DNA of 64,000 nt, taken from NCBI GenBank assembly GCA_038087875.1, contig CM075996.1, positions 9,612,001 through 9,676,000 of the forward strand. The letters run 5' to 3'. The stretch is from Malacoraja senta (lineage: Eukaryota). The translations under genes and the position numbers were made by a program. This document shows, piece after piece, positions 1 through 11,262 of the stretch. Positions within the stretch are counted from its first letter, which is position 1, and every line of letters begins with the position of its first letter. The notes below the pieces were generated by a model. That model ran no database searches and was not told the origin of the DNA. It saw only the letters and a list, made by a program, of their open reading frames with translations.

Positions 1-1458
1 AATGTTGGAGAAATTTCAAAATTCTTGTTTTGTACATATTTTTTATCCTGAATAAAGTTTATTTTGATTATTTAAAAAAAGTACTGTTAAAGTCTTGAAT
101 AAAGCGACTTGTTTGAGAAACTCACCACTGTTCTACGAGATGTTCCATGTTTCTGTCCCTATCTGAGCCGTAATTAAGAGGGCAACTGGGCCAACATGAA
201 GCCAGACATGGTGCAGCTTAAACACTAAATTGCCTCCAACAAGGAGTATCACAGGCCTTTGGGGTGGAAGGTGGCCACCGATACGCCTCCACTGAAAATA
301 TCTCCACTTAAATCTGTGGGGACATCCGTAATGGAGAAACTACAATGAACATCATCAGAGACCGTTGGAAACAAACAGGGCACCATTCAGTTGTGTCCTC
401 CCCTGTGATTTGGCCAAAATTTATTCCTAATTCAACATCACCGGGAAAAAACCCAATTAACTCCTTCACCATTCAATGGTTGTTTGAGAGAGCTTCCTTA
501 GTGCAAGCTGACTGTCATAATTACTGCATTCCTTCAATACTCGGAGTCCACAAGTTCAAGGAGTAGAAATAGGCCATTCGGCCCGTCGAGTCCACTCCGC
601 CATTCAATCATGGCTGATCTCTGCCTCCTAATCCCACTCTCCTGCCTTCTCCCCATAAGCCTTGATACCCGTTCTAATCAAGAATTTGCCTGTCTCTGCC
701 TAAAAAATATCCACTGACTTGGCCTCCATAGCCCTCTGCGGCAATGAGTTCCAGAGATTAACTACCCTCTGACTAAAGAATAGAGTACACATGAAAGCAT
801 GTTACAGGAGTAAAGCATCTGGAGTTGCCCCTCAGGCTGTGAATGGCATTTTAACAATGCAAGTTGTTTTATCTGCAATGGTAAAGCAGTGTGAAGCCAA
901 AGCTTAGTTATTCCCTTATCATGTATCTATACACTGTAAATGGCTCGATTGTAATCATGTATTGTCTTGCTGCGGTACACATGACAATAAACTGAACTGA
1001 ACTCTTCCGACACCCTTGTACTTAAATATGATAACGCCAATGTATGGTATCATTTTTACTGAACCGAATGCATAAAAGGCATTTGACTGTAGCTAGGCAC
1101 TTGTGAAAATAAAGTACCATCGAAGATAGACACAAAATGCTGGAGTAACTCAGCGGGACAGGCAGCATCTCTGGAGAGAAGGAAGGGGTGACGTTTCAGG
1201 TCGAGACCCTTCTTCGGACTGGTTTGGGATAAGGGAAACGAGAAATATAGACAATGATGTAGAGAGATAAAGAACAATGAATGAAAGATATGCAAAAAAG
1301 TAACGATGATAAAGGAAACAGGCCATCGTTTGCTGTTTGTTGGGTTACTCCAGCTTTTTGTGTTTAAACCAGCAACTGCAGTTCCTTGCTAAAGTACCAT
1401 TGAACATTGGTTGTCGAGTGGACTCCGTTGGTCAGTCAGCAGTCGCAGAGCCACTGAC

Positions 1459-1620
1459 CTGAAGGCATGGTCTGTATCTCCTGGTCGTCCAGCTGCTCCT
1501 GTTGTGGGACCATGGCCACGAACCGAGGTGGCGTGTTCCGCCGCGGGGTGTACCGACAAACGGCGTACACCCCTTTCTCCAGGCACTTGGTCAGCAACGC
1601 GCTGAACAGAGTCGTGCTTC
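1459..1620 (-). CDS. XRCC6: Ku70 coding exon ([16 protein letters not shown]...[33 protein letters not shown]); gene continues beyond window start
   Basis: CAACAG acceptor, CAG|GTCAGT donor, 162 nt; CRYTPRRN motif. Confidence 0.98.
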
Positions 1621-1847
1621 CTGTTGGCGATACGAGCACAGGCAAAAATCAGATGAACGAAGAGCCGGGCACTAGGACCCTGGAGAGTCAGCGGTGAGCT
1701 GCGGGAGGACCGCTCGTGGTCGCTGAACTAAGGTTATAAAGGTCGGACGGGCCACACATGGGTGCCGGCGGTCGGTCGAAGGATCCACCGCCGAGATCAA
1801 AGAGGGACCGGCGTGGGTGGGGGCTGAGAGAACAAAGAAGGACTATT

Positions 1848-2275
1848 GACAATAGACAATAGGTGCAGGAGTAGGCCATTCGACCCTTCGAGCCATCACC
1901 GCCATTCAATGTGATCATGGCTGATCATCCCCAATCAGTACCCCGTTCCTGCCTTCTCCCCATATCCCCTGTTTAAGAGCCCTATCTAGCTCTCTCTTGA
2001 AAGCATCCAGAGAACCTGCCTCCCACCGCCCTCTGAGGCAGAGAATTCCACAGACTCACCACTCTCTGTGAGAAAAGTGTTTCCTCGTCTCCATTCTAAA
2101 TGGCTTACTCCTTATTCTTAAACTGTGGCCCCTGGTTCTGGTCTCCCCCAACATCGGGAACATGTTTCCTGCCTCTAGCGTGTCCAAGCCCTTAACAATC
2201 ATATATGTTTCAATAAGATAACCTCTCATCCTTCTAAACTCCAGAGTGTACACGCCCAGCTGCTCCATTCTCTCA
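1848..2275 (-). mobile_element. CR1 LINE 3' fragment
   Basis: LEFRRMRGxLIETY ORF plus shared CR1 3' UTR and tail. Confidence 0.85.
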
Positions 2276-3199
2276 GATGTATTGGGGACGTAACTTTGCC
2301 ACCGTCCTATATGTGGCGACTCTTTGCATACCTTGTGTTATGTAACACAAAGAATCTCACTGTGACATGTCACATGTGATAATATAGCATCAATCAAGGC
2401 CAATGTCCAGAGTGCTGGAAAGCTCGTAGTACTCAATCATGTGTTGGATGGTCAATGTAGCACCACGGTAACTTCACAAACTTCTCTTGTCTCCTTCACA
2501 GTTCCCATATTCTCCATCCGAAACGTCACCCATTCCTTCTCTCCAGAGATGCTGCCTGTCCCGCTGAGTTCAGCTTTTTGTGTCTATCTCTGATATTACC
2601 TTCACGCGCAGACGTTAGTTATAGGGAGAAGTTGGATGGGCTGGGCCTTTTTTTCGTTGGCGGGTGAGAGACTGAGGGGTGACCTTATTGAGGTGTACAA
2701 GATCATGAGGGGCAAGGTTAAAGTGAATGCGCAGTCTTTTTTTGATGGGTGATCTATTTTGCCCTCTCAACCCCATTCTCCTGCCTTCTCCCCATAACCC
2801 AACGTCCGTACTAATCAAGAACCTATCAATGTGATAAGGGTAGAATTAGGCCATTCAGCCCATCAGGTCTACTCTGCCATTCAATCATGGCTGATCTGTC
2901 TCTCACTAACCCCATTCTCCTGCCTTCTCCCCATAATCCTTGATACCATACTATCAATGAATCTGCTTTAAAAATACCCAATGACTTTGCCTCCACAGTT
3001 TCCATCAATATTTCACCCCTTCCCTTATCGAATACTCGTTTATTTCTTAAAATTACTCAAAACACTAACCATTGACAAAGAGAATTCAAAAGACTCAAGA
3101 CCCTTTGAGACAAATTTTCCTCATCTCTGACTTATTTCTTGGTTTTCCCCACGAGGAATTGTCCTCGCCACATCCACTCTGTCAAGACTTTTAGGAAGT

Positions 3200-3835
3200 C
3201 TTTTAGGAAGGAACTGCAGATGCTGGTTTAAACCAAAGATAGACACACAATGCTGGAGTAACTCAGCGGGACAGGCAGCATCTCTGGATAGAGGGAATGG
3301 GTGACGTTTCGGGTCGAGACCCTTCATCAGACTGAAATTCATGGGAAAGGGAAACAAGAGATAAAGACAATGATTTAGAGTGATATAGAACAAATTAATG
3401 AAAGATATGCAAAAAAGTAACAATGATAAAGGAAACAGGCCATTGTTAGCTGTAGCTAGGTGAGAACGAAAGCTGGTGTGACGTGGGTGGGGGAGGGATG
3501 GAGAGAGAGGGAATGCAGGGGTTACTTGAAGTTAGAGAAATCAAAATCATACACCTGGGCTGTAAGCTGCCCACGCGAAATATTTGATACTGTTCCTCCA
3601 ATTTGCATTTAGCCTCACTCTGACAATGGAGGAGGCCTAGGACAGAAAGGTCTGAGTGGGAATGGGAAGGAGAATTAAAGTGTTTAGCAACCAGGAGATC
3701 AGGTAGGTCCAGGCGGACTGAGCGAAGGTGTCTGCGTTTGGTCTTGCCGATGTATAAGTCCCCATCTTGAACAACAGATACAGTAGATGAGGTTGGAGGA
3801 TGTGCAAGTGAACCTCTGCCCAACCTGAAAGGGAC
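3200..3835 (-). mobile_element. Penelope-like element 3' portion (GIY-YIG C-terminus + terminal repeat)
   Basis: LYIGKTKR...HFNSPSHS..LSVLGL...KLEEQ..IFRVGSLQP, followed by the terminal repeat with hammerhead-like core. Confidence 0.85.
3299..3334 (-). ncRNA. Minimal hammerhead-ribozyme-like motif (best copy)
   Basis: Minus strand CAGT-CTGATGA-A-GGGT CTCG ACCC-GAAA-CGTC-ACCC: conserved CUGANGA/GAAA core, 4-bp stem II, GUC site; helix I weak. Confidence 0.6.
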
Positions 3836-3899
3836 ATTCCACTCAAAAGTCCCTCTCATTCTGAAACATCTAGGGGGTATAAGCTTAGGTCATCTGACT

Positions 3900-4095
3900 G
3901 TAGACAAAAGTGCTGGAGAAACTCAGCGGGTGCAACAGCATCTATGGAGCGAAGGAAATAGGCAACGTTTCGGGCCGAAACGCACGAAACGTTGCCTATT
4001 TCCTTCGCTCCATAGATGCTTCTGCACCCGCTGAGTTTCTCCAGCACTTTTGTCTACCTTTGATTTTCCAGCATCTGCAGTTCCTTCTTAAACAC
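3900..4095. mobile_element. Short Penelope-like insertion with inverted 5' copy (73-bp-arm hairpin)
   Basis: Arms 3900-3972 and 3985-4057; 14-bp TSD TAGGTCATCTGACT at 3886 and 4096. Confidence 0.85.
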
Positions 4096-4199
4096 TAGGT
4101 CATCTGACTCATCAACAGACCAGGTGCAATGTTGAAGACCGTCTGAGAGAAATGGCCAGTGATATACCTTTTTATTGATTGATTGGTTGAAAGATACAA

Positions 4200-5118
4200 C
4201 AATTGGATTAGTAAGTATGCAGATGATACTAGGATAGGTGGTGTTGTGGATAATGAAGTAGATTTCAAAGTTTACAGAGAGATTTAGGCCATTTGGAAGA
4301 GTGGCTGAAAGATGACAGATGGAGGTTAATGCTGATAAGTGTGAGGTGCTACATCTTGGCAGGACAAATCAAAATAGGACGTACATGGTAAATGGTAGCG
4401 AATTGAGGAATACAGTTGAACAGAGGGATCTAGGAATACCTGTGCATAGTTCCATGAAGGTGGAATCTCATGTAGATAGGGTGGTAAAGAAAGCCTTTGG
4501 TGTGCTGGCCTTTATAAATCAGAGCTTTGAGTATAGAAGTTGGGATGTAATGTTAAAATTGTACAAGGCATTGGTGAGGCCAATTCTGGAATATGGTGTA
4601 CAATTCTGGTCGCCAAATTATAGGAAAGATGTCAATAAAATAGAGAGAGTACAGAGGAGATTTACTAGAATGTTGCCTGGGTTTCAGCACCTAAGTTACA
4701 GGGAAAGGTTGAACAAGATAGGTCTTTATTCTTTGGAGCGCAGAAGGTTAAGGGGGGACTTGATAGAGGTCTTTAAAATGATGAGAGGGATAGACAGTTG
4801 ATGTGGATAAGCTTTTTCCATTGAGAGTAGGGAAGATTCAAACAAGAGGACATGATTTGAGAATTAAGGGACAAAAGTTTAGGGGGAACTTCTTTACTAG
4901 AGAGTGGTAGCTGTGTGGAATGAGCTTCCAGTGGAAGTGGTGAAGGCAGGTTCGTTTTTATCATTTAAAAATAAATTGGATAGGTATATTGACGGGAAAG
5001 GAATGGAGGGTTATGGTCTGAGTGCAGGTAGATGGGACTAGGGGAGAATAAGTGTTCGGCACGGACTAGAAGGGCCGAGATGACCTGTTTCCGTGCTGTA
5101 ATTGTTATATGGTTATAT
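4200..5118 (+). mobile_element. CR1 LINE 3' fragment
   Basis: YADDT remnant, KCEVLHLG, LVRPILEYGVQFWSP, LYSLERRRLRGDLIE. Confidence 0.9.
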
Positions 5119-5670
5119 GGAAACAGGCCCTTCCACCCAACAAGTCCATGCCGACCATCGATTCACAATAGTTCTGTTGCATTCACTCCCTTCACACGAG
5201 GGACGATTTTACACAGGCCAATTAACTACAAACCTGCATAGCTATGGGATGTGGGAGGAAACCAAAGCACCTGGAGTTAGGGCACCTTGGTCGGCCTGGA
5301 CGAGTTTGACAATGCTGCATGACCACCATTTATTTGGGACACGTGATACACATGTGGAGAAAACCCACGGGGCCACAGGAAGTACTTGCAGACTCCGCAC
5401 AGACGGGATGGAACCCGGGTCTCTGATGCTGTGAGGCAGCAACTCTACCAGCTGCACCACTGTGCCTTTGTGGGGGCCCTGCCTGCAACGGGTGATAAAC
5501 ACAGAACTGTACAGCACAGGGACAGGCCCTTCGGCCCGCAACGTCCATGCCGAACATGATGCCTAGATCAACTCTTATATGCCTGCACATAATCCAAATC
5601 TCTCCATATCCAAAAGCCTCGTAAAAGCAAGTGCCCTGTACAACTGGCCGTGACTGGAGGTGTGGGTTAC

Positions 5671-5839
5671 CTGTTATGAACTCCTCCTCCGGGTAAACGA
5701 ACTGCGAGGGCCTGATGTGATGGTGCTTCTTCAACCGAGACAATGGCTTGAAGCCAATGAGGACCAAGCTCGGATTATCAAACCTCTTCAGCTCTTCAGT
5801 TTCTTCCTTCTCCAAAACAATCTGTCTTTGTCCATACAC
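5671..5839 (-). CDS. XRCC6: Ku70 coding exon (VYGQRQIVLEKEETEELKRFDNPSLVLIGFKPL...RPSQFVYPEEEFIT)
   Basis: ACCAG acceptor, CAG|GTAACC donor, 169 nt; LEKEETEELKRFD matches Ku70. Confidence 0.98.
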
Positions 5840-6121
5840 CTGGTTTCCAAAGCACAAGAGCAGGCTTCAATCTTTGTGGCCTCACATTTACAATCAAGTC
5901 TTAGTCATACAGCAAAGGCAACAGGCCGTGCATTTAGTCCATATCCCTCGAAACGTGAAGAAGTTCCTGACCCGAAACGTCACCCATCCATTTTCACCAG
6001 ACATGCTGCCTCAGTTACTCCAGCACTTTGTGTCTATTCCTCTCTGTATACCTGTCCAAGCAACAACATTTGATGAGCTGCATAAGAGCAGCATCAGGGT
6101 AGGTTGAGGTTGTAGCTTTCA

Positions 6122-7500
6122 ACCCCACAGCCAATCTCTCACTGGCCCAGGGTGTTGTCCCCACTTGCCTCAAGACATCAACCATCGTGCCAGTGCCCAA
6201 ACAGTCAGCCACAGGGAGCCTCAACGATTTCCGCCCAGTGGCACTCACCCCTGTCATTGCTAAGTGCTTTGAGCGGCTGATCTTGGCTCACCTCAAAGCC
6301 AGCCTCCCCCCCACACTGGACCCCCATCAGTTTGCCTACCGGGCCAACAGGTCTACAGAGGACGCCATATCGGCGGTCCTACACTCTGCCCTGACCCACC
6401 TGGACAACAACAACTCCTACATCAGGTTGCTGTTCATTGATTTCAGCTCCGCTTTTAACACTGTCATCCCCGCCAGCTTGATCACCAAACTCAGCGGGCT
6501 TGGCATCTCCACCTCCCTCTGCAACTGGACACTGGATTTCCTCACCAACAGACCACAGTCTGTTAGGGTCAACAACCTCACCTCCTCCACTATAACACTG
6601 AACACCGGCGTGCCATAGGGCTGTGTGCTCAGCCCTCTCCTCTACTCCCTCTTCACCCACGACTGCATCCCTAAGTACGGATCCAACGCCATCATTAAGT
6701 TTGCTGACGACACCACGGTGGTAGGACTGATCAGTGACAACGATGAGTCAGCCTACAGAGAGGAGGTCCAGCACCTGACAACCTGGTGTGCCAACAATAA
6801 CCTCGTCCTCAACTCCAAGAAGACGAAGGAAATTATTGTCGACTTCAGGAAGGTCAGAGGGGGCAGACATACCCCCTCCATATAAACGGGACTGAGGTGG
6901 AGCGCGTCTCCAGCTACAAATTCCTCGGGGACATCTCGGAGGATTTGTCCTGGTCCCTCAACACCTCCAAGCTGATCAAAAAGGCACAGCAGCGCCTTTA
7001 CTTCCTGAGGAGGCTTCATGGTATGGTACAGCAGCTGCACTGTTGCGGACAGGAAGGCACTACAACGGGTGGTGAAAACCGCGCAGCACATCATCGGTGC
7101 CCCGCTCCCTGCCATGGATGCCCTCCACCGAAAACGGTGTCTGAAACGGGCTGGGAAGATCATTAAAGACCCATCCCACCCCAACCATGGACTGTTTGCC
7201 CTCCTCCATCAGGGAGGCGGTACAGGAGCCTCAGGTCTCGTACCAGTAGGATGAGGAACAGCTTCTACAATTATACCGTCGCATTGCTGAACTCGGAGTC
7301 CCGCCGATAGATTCCTCCGGTCCCTCCGTCCCCATTGTTAATTATTCTGTATTTTTGATTATTCTGTATCCTCTTTTTTTTTTAATTTCTATATTGCACT
7401 ACTACTACGGACTGACGCAAAACTGCATTTCGTTGTACCCATACTCAGTATTTGTGCAATGACATTAAAGTTGAATTGAATTGAATTGAATTGAATTGAA
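6122..7500 (+). mobile_element. 5'-truncated Rex/Babar-like LINE (RT), degenerate
   Basis: [40 protein letters not shown] motifs; stop at 6616-6618 and frameshifts; (AATTG)n tail. Confidence 0.9.
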
Positions 7501-7610
7501 GGGACAAGAGGTTTTGAGAGAGGTCCACACTTTAGGACTCTTGTTTCCTCCACATCCCAAAGATGTCAAATTGATAAACCCTTTGTCAGAACTGGGAAAG
7601 ATAGAAACCA

Positions 7611-8057
7611 GAGATAGAATCCTCCGCTCGGTCCGCAATAACCAACCTGATCTCCCGGTGGCTCAGCACTTAAACTCCTCCTCCCATTCTGAATCCGACT
7701 TTTCTGTCCTGGGCCTCCTGCATGGCCAAAGTGAGCACCACCGGAAATTGGAGGAGCAGCACCTCATATTTCGCCTGGGCAGTTTGTACCCCAGCGGCAT
7801 GAACATTGACTTCTCCAATTTCCGGTAGCCCTTCTTGTCTCATCCCTTCTCAGCTCTCCCTCAGCCCTCTGGCTCCTCCTCTTCCTTTCTTCTTCCGCCC
7901 CCCCCCCCCTCCCCCCACCCTACATCAGTCTGAAGAAGGGTTTCGGCCTGAAACTTTGCCTATTTCCTTCGCTCCATAGATGCTGCCTCACCCGCTGAGT
8001 TTCTCCAGCACTTTTGTCTACCTTCGATTTTCCAGCATCTGCAGTTCCTTCTTAAAC
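7611..8057 (+). mobile_element. Penelope-like 5'-truncated copy
   Basis: LRSVR..PDLPVAQH..RKLEEQHLIFRLGSL.P.GMNIDFSNF; hammerhead-like core at 7930; 13-bp TSD AAGATAGAAACCA (7598, 8058). Confidence 0.88.
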
Positions 8058-8453
8058 AAGATAGAAACCAAGTTGGATTGAAATTGTGGGGAGGGTGGGG
8101 GAGGATGGATGGGACAAAGGGAATGTTGTTGACCTAGGTGTGAGACCAGGAATCCACAGATGCTACCTAACCTGCTCAGAGCCTCCACCATTTTCTATTT
8201 TAACCAAGAACGTCTTCCAGTTCTTTGCTCAATGTGGCATGGGACCACAGCCATCTGAACAGGGAGCTGAGGCTCTCAGTCTAACCTCCCATTGTTGGTT
8301 AATTGGCTTCAGTAACTTGTCCCTAATGTATAAGACAGTGCTAGTGTACGTTGGGCCTGTATCTCGAAAGTCTAATGAAAGTTAGAGGCTCTGCCTGGAC
8401 TCAATGGGCTGATTGGCCTCCTGTGAGCAAAGTAGGAAGTGTAGGTTCATTAC

Positions 8454-8640
8454 CTGAGCCTTTTTGGTGTCACTGGGCAGCAGCAGGCTGCCGGTCTCGC
8501 CGTTAAACCAGCGGGTTTTAGTTTTGATGGGCTCGTTGGTCTCTCGATAGAGGCGGACTGCAGACGGTTTTCTGGCACAGTGGATGAGGTTGTACACGCC
8601 GACCGACAGCTCCACACCTCCTCCCAGCTTCAGGCTCAGC
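8454..8640 (-). CDS. XRCC6: Ku70 coding exon (LSLKLGGGVELSVGVYNL...LYRETNEPIKTKTRWFNGETGSLLLPSDTKKAQ), beta-barrel/bridge
   Basis: TCCCAG acceptor, CAG|GTAATG donor, 187 nt; LYRETNEPxKTKTR motif. Confidence 0.98.
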
Positions 8641-9189
8641 CTGGGACAAGGGTGAACAACACACGTCAGCACCGTCGCTAACTGCTGCTGCAGCAGGGAG
8701 CCCGAGGCATGGATCACACGCAGGGACATGCACTGCCTCATGCTGTTGGGCTGAAAATACTGACAGCAGAGTCAATACAGCATGGAAACAGGCCATTCAA
8801 CCCAACTTGCCCACACCGGCCAACTTGTCCCAGCTACACTAGTCCCACCTGCCCGCATTTGGTCCATATCCCTCCAAACCTGTCTTATCCATATACCTGC
8901 CTAGCAGTTTCTTATATGTTGGGATAGTCTCTGCCTCAACTACCTCCTCTGGCAACTTGTTCCATACACCTACAACCTTTTGTGTGAAAAGTTACCCCTC
9001 AGATTTCAATTAAATCTTTTCCTCTTCACCATAAACCGATGTCCTCTGGTCCTCGATTCACCTACTCGGGGCAAGAGACTCTGTGCATCTACCTGATCTA
9101 TTCCTCTCATGATTTTATACACCTCAATAAGATCACCTCTCATCCTCCGGCGCTCCAAGGAATAGAGTCCCAGACTACTCAACCTCTCC

Positions 9190-9750
9190 CTATAGACAAT
9201 AGGTGCAGGAGTAGGCCATTCGGCCCCTCAAGTCAGCACCGCCATTCAACATGATCATGATTGATCATCCATAATCAATATCTTGATCCTGCCTTCTCCC
9301 CATATCCCTTGACTCTGCTATCATTAAGAGCTCTGTCTAGCTCTCTCTTGAAAGTAGAGAACCGGCCTCTGAGGCAGAGAATTCCACAGACTCACAATTC
9401 TCTGTGTGAAAAAGTTTTTCCACCTCCGTTCTAAATGGCTTACCTCTTATTCTTAAACTGTGGCTCCTGGTTCTGGACTCACCCAACATCGGGAATATGT
9501 TTCCTGCCTCTAGCGTGTCCAAACCCTTAATAATCTTATATGTTTCAATAAAATCCCCTCTCATCCTTCTAAATTCCAGAGTATACAAGCCCAGCCGCTC
9601 CATTCTATCAACATATGACAGACCCGCCATCCCGGGAATTAACCTCGTGAACCTAAGCTGCACTCCCTCAATAGCAAGAATGTCCTTCCTCAAATTGGGA
9701 GATCAAAACGGCACACAATACTCCGGGTGTGGTCTCACTGGGGTCCTGTC
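9190..9750 (-). mobile_element. CR1 LINE 3' fragment
   Basis: RFTRLIPGM...LEFRRMRGD ORF plus 3' UTR. Confidence 0.85.
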
Positions 9751-10404
9751 AGGCTACCGAAATAGTGAAAGGTCTGGATAGAGTGAATGCGGAGAGGATA
9801 TTTCCATTAGTGGGAGAGTCTAGGACCAGACGGCACAACCTCAGAATAAAAGGACGTACCTTTAGAAAGGAGATGAAAAGGGATTTCTGAATCTTTGGAA
9901 CTCATTGCCACAGACGGCTGTGGAGGTCAAGTCAATGGATATTTTTAAGGCAGAGATTGATTCGTACGGGTGTCAAGGGTTACAGGGAGAAGGCAGGAGA
10001 ATGGGGTTGAGAGGGAGAGATAGATCAGCCGCAATTGAATGGTAGACTTAATGAGCTGAATGGCCTAATTCTGCTCCTATCACATGAATTATGTGTTTGT
10101 TCTTCTTGGGAGGAAGGGACATGCATGTTTGAAGTGAACTGCGAAACAGACATTTAACCGTTTGACATAACGATACAGGAAAGACGCATGCTCGCTATAA
10201 TCCACCCCCCCTGAAGCCATCGCCTTTAACTCTGGAACATACAGAACCACTAATGTAGAGTTGACTCGATGGGCCGAATGGCCTAATTCTGCTCCTAGAA
10301 CATGATCCTAGACAGGTCTGTCATGGTTCACTGTAAAGAGGAAGAGGTATCAGGAAGTGCAGGCGCTTTAGGAGCCAGGAGAAGCTCAGCCTGTGATGGC
10401 TGAC

Positions 10405-10588
10405 CTGGTGACCGCTCTTTTCTTGTAGTCCTTGGCCCAGACTTTCCGAAGCAGGTCATCCAGTTTGGCCGATTCCTTGAACTGCGTGCCCACATCTTCA
10501 CCCGCCGACTGGCTCACAATGTCACAGTAGAAGCGAGACGTGTCAAACCCACCAGACCTCCTCAGGTTCAATAGGTCGAGGATGATAC
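10405..10588 (-). CDS. XRCC6: Ku70 coding exon (GIILDLLNLRRSGGFDTSRFYCDIV...KLDDLLRKVWAKDYKKRAVTR)
   Basis: TTTAG acceptor, CAG|GTCAGC donor, 184 nt, frame consistent with neighbours. Confidence 0.97.
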
Positions 10589-10661
10589 CTAAACAACGAC
10601 ACGGGCAATCCATCGTCAACACGCCAGCTACAGGCTACCATAAGCAGCTTTATCGCTAAGA

Positions 10662-10972
10662 GCGGCACGGTGGTGCAGCGGTAGAGTTGCTGCCTTACAG
10701 CCCCGGAGACCCGGGTTCGATCCCGACTATGGGTGCTGTCTGCACGGAGTTTGTACGTTCTCCCGTGATCTACGTGGGTTTTCTCCGAGATCTTTGGTTT
10801 CCTCCCACACTCCAAAGACGTACAGGTTTGTAGGTTAATTGGCTTGGTATAAATGTAAAATTGTCCCTAGTGTGTGTAGGATAGTGGTAATGTGCAGGGA
10901 TTGCTGGTCGGTGTGGACACGGTGGGCTGAAGGGCCTGTTTCCGCACTGTATCTCGAATCTAAACTAAACTA
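10662..10972 (+). mobile_element. tRNA-derived SINE (HE1/V-SINE-like), full length
   Basis: A box TGGTGCAGCGG, B box GGTTCGATCCC, conserved central domain, CR1-like 3' end, (CTAAA)n tail. Confidence 0.85.
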
Positions 10973-11262
10973 AGTGATAATTGAGGGAATTCCTTCCTCA
11001 TCGCTCTCTTCAAGCAAGCCTGATTTCTGCTTTCTCCCAGGTCTCTACATCACTTCACTTTTCAATGTTCATCCATTCCGATACTGCTGCAAAATGCTTT
11101 GGAATATTTAGCAGTGATTTTGCATGAATTTGGGACTGAGATAAGGAAAAACTTTCTCACCCAGAGAGTTGTGAATCTGTGGAATTTTCTGCCACAGAAG
11201 GCAGTGGAGGACAATTCACTGGATGTTTTCAAGAGAGTTGAAGAGTTCAAGAGAATGGTGAG

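Noticed and set aside
150..540. Next XRCC6 exon (GFQLxFLPFADD-like)
   Set aside because: No such peptide found; the remaining exons must lie beyond the left edge
10662..10740. tRNA genes at SINE heads
   Set aside because: A/B boxes are present but run directly into SINE body and tail; no complete cloverleaf
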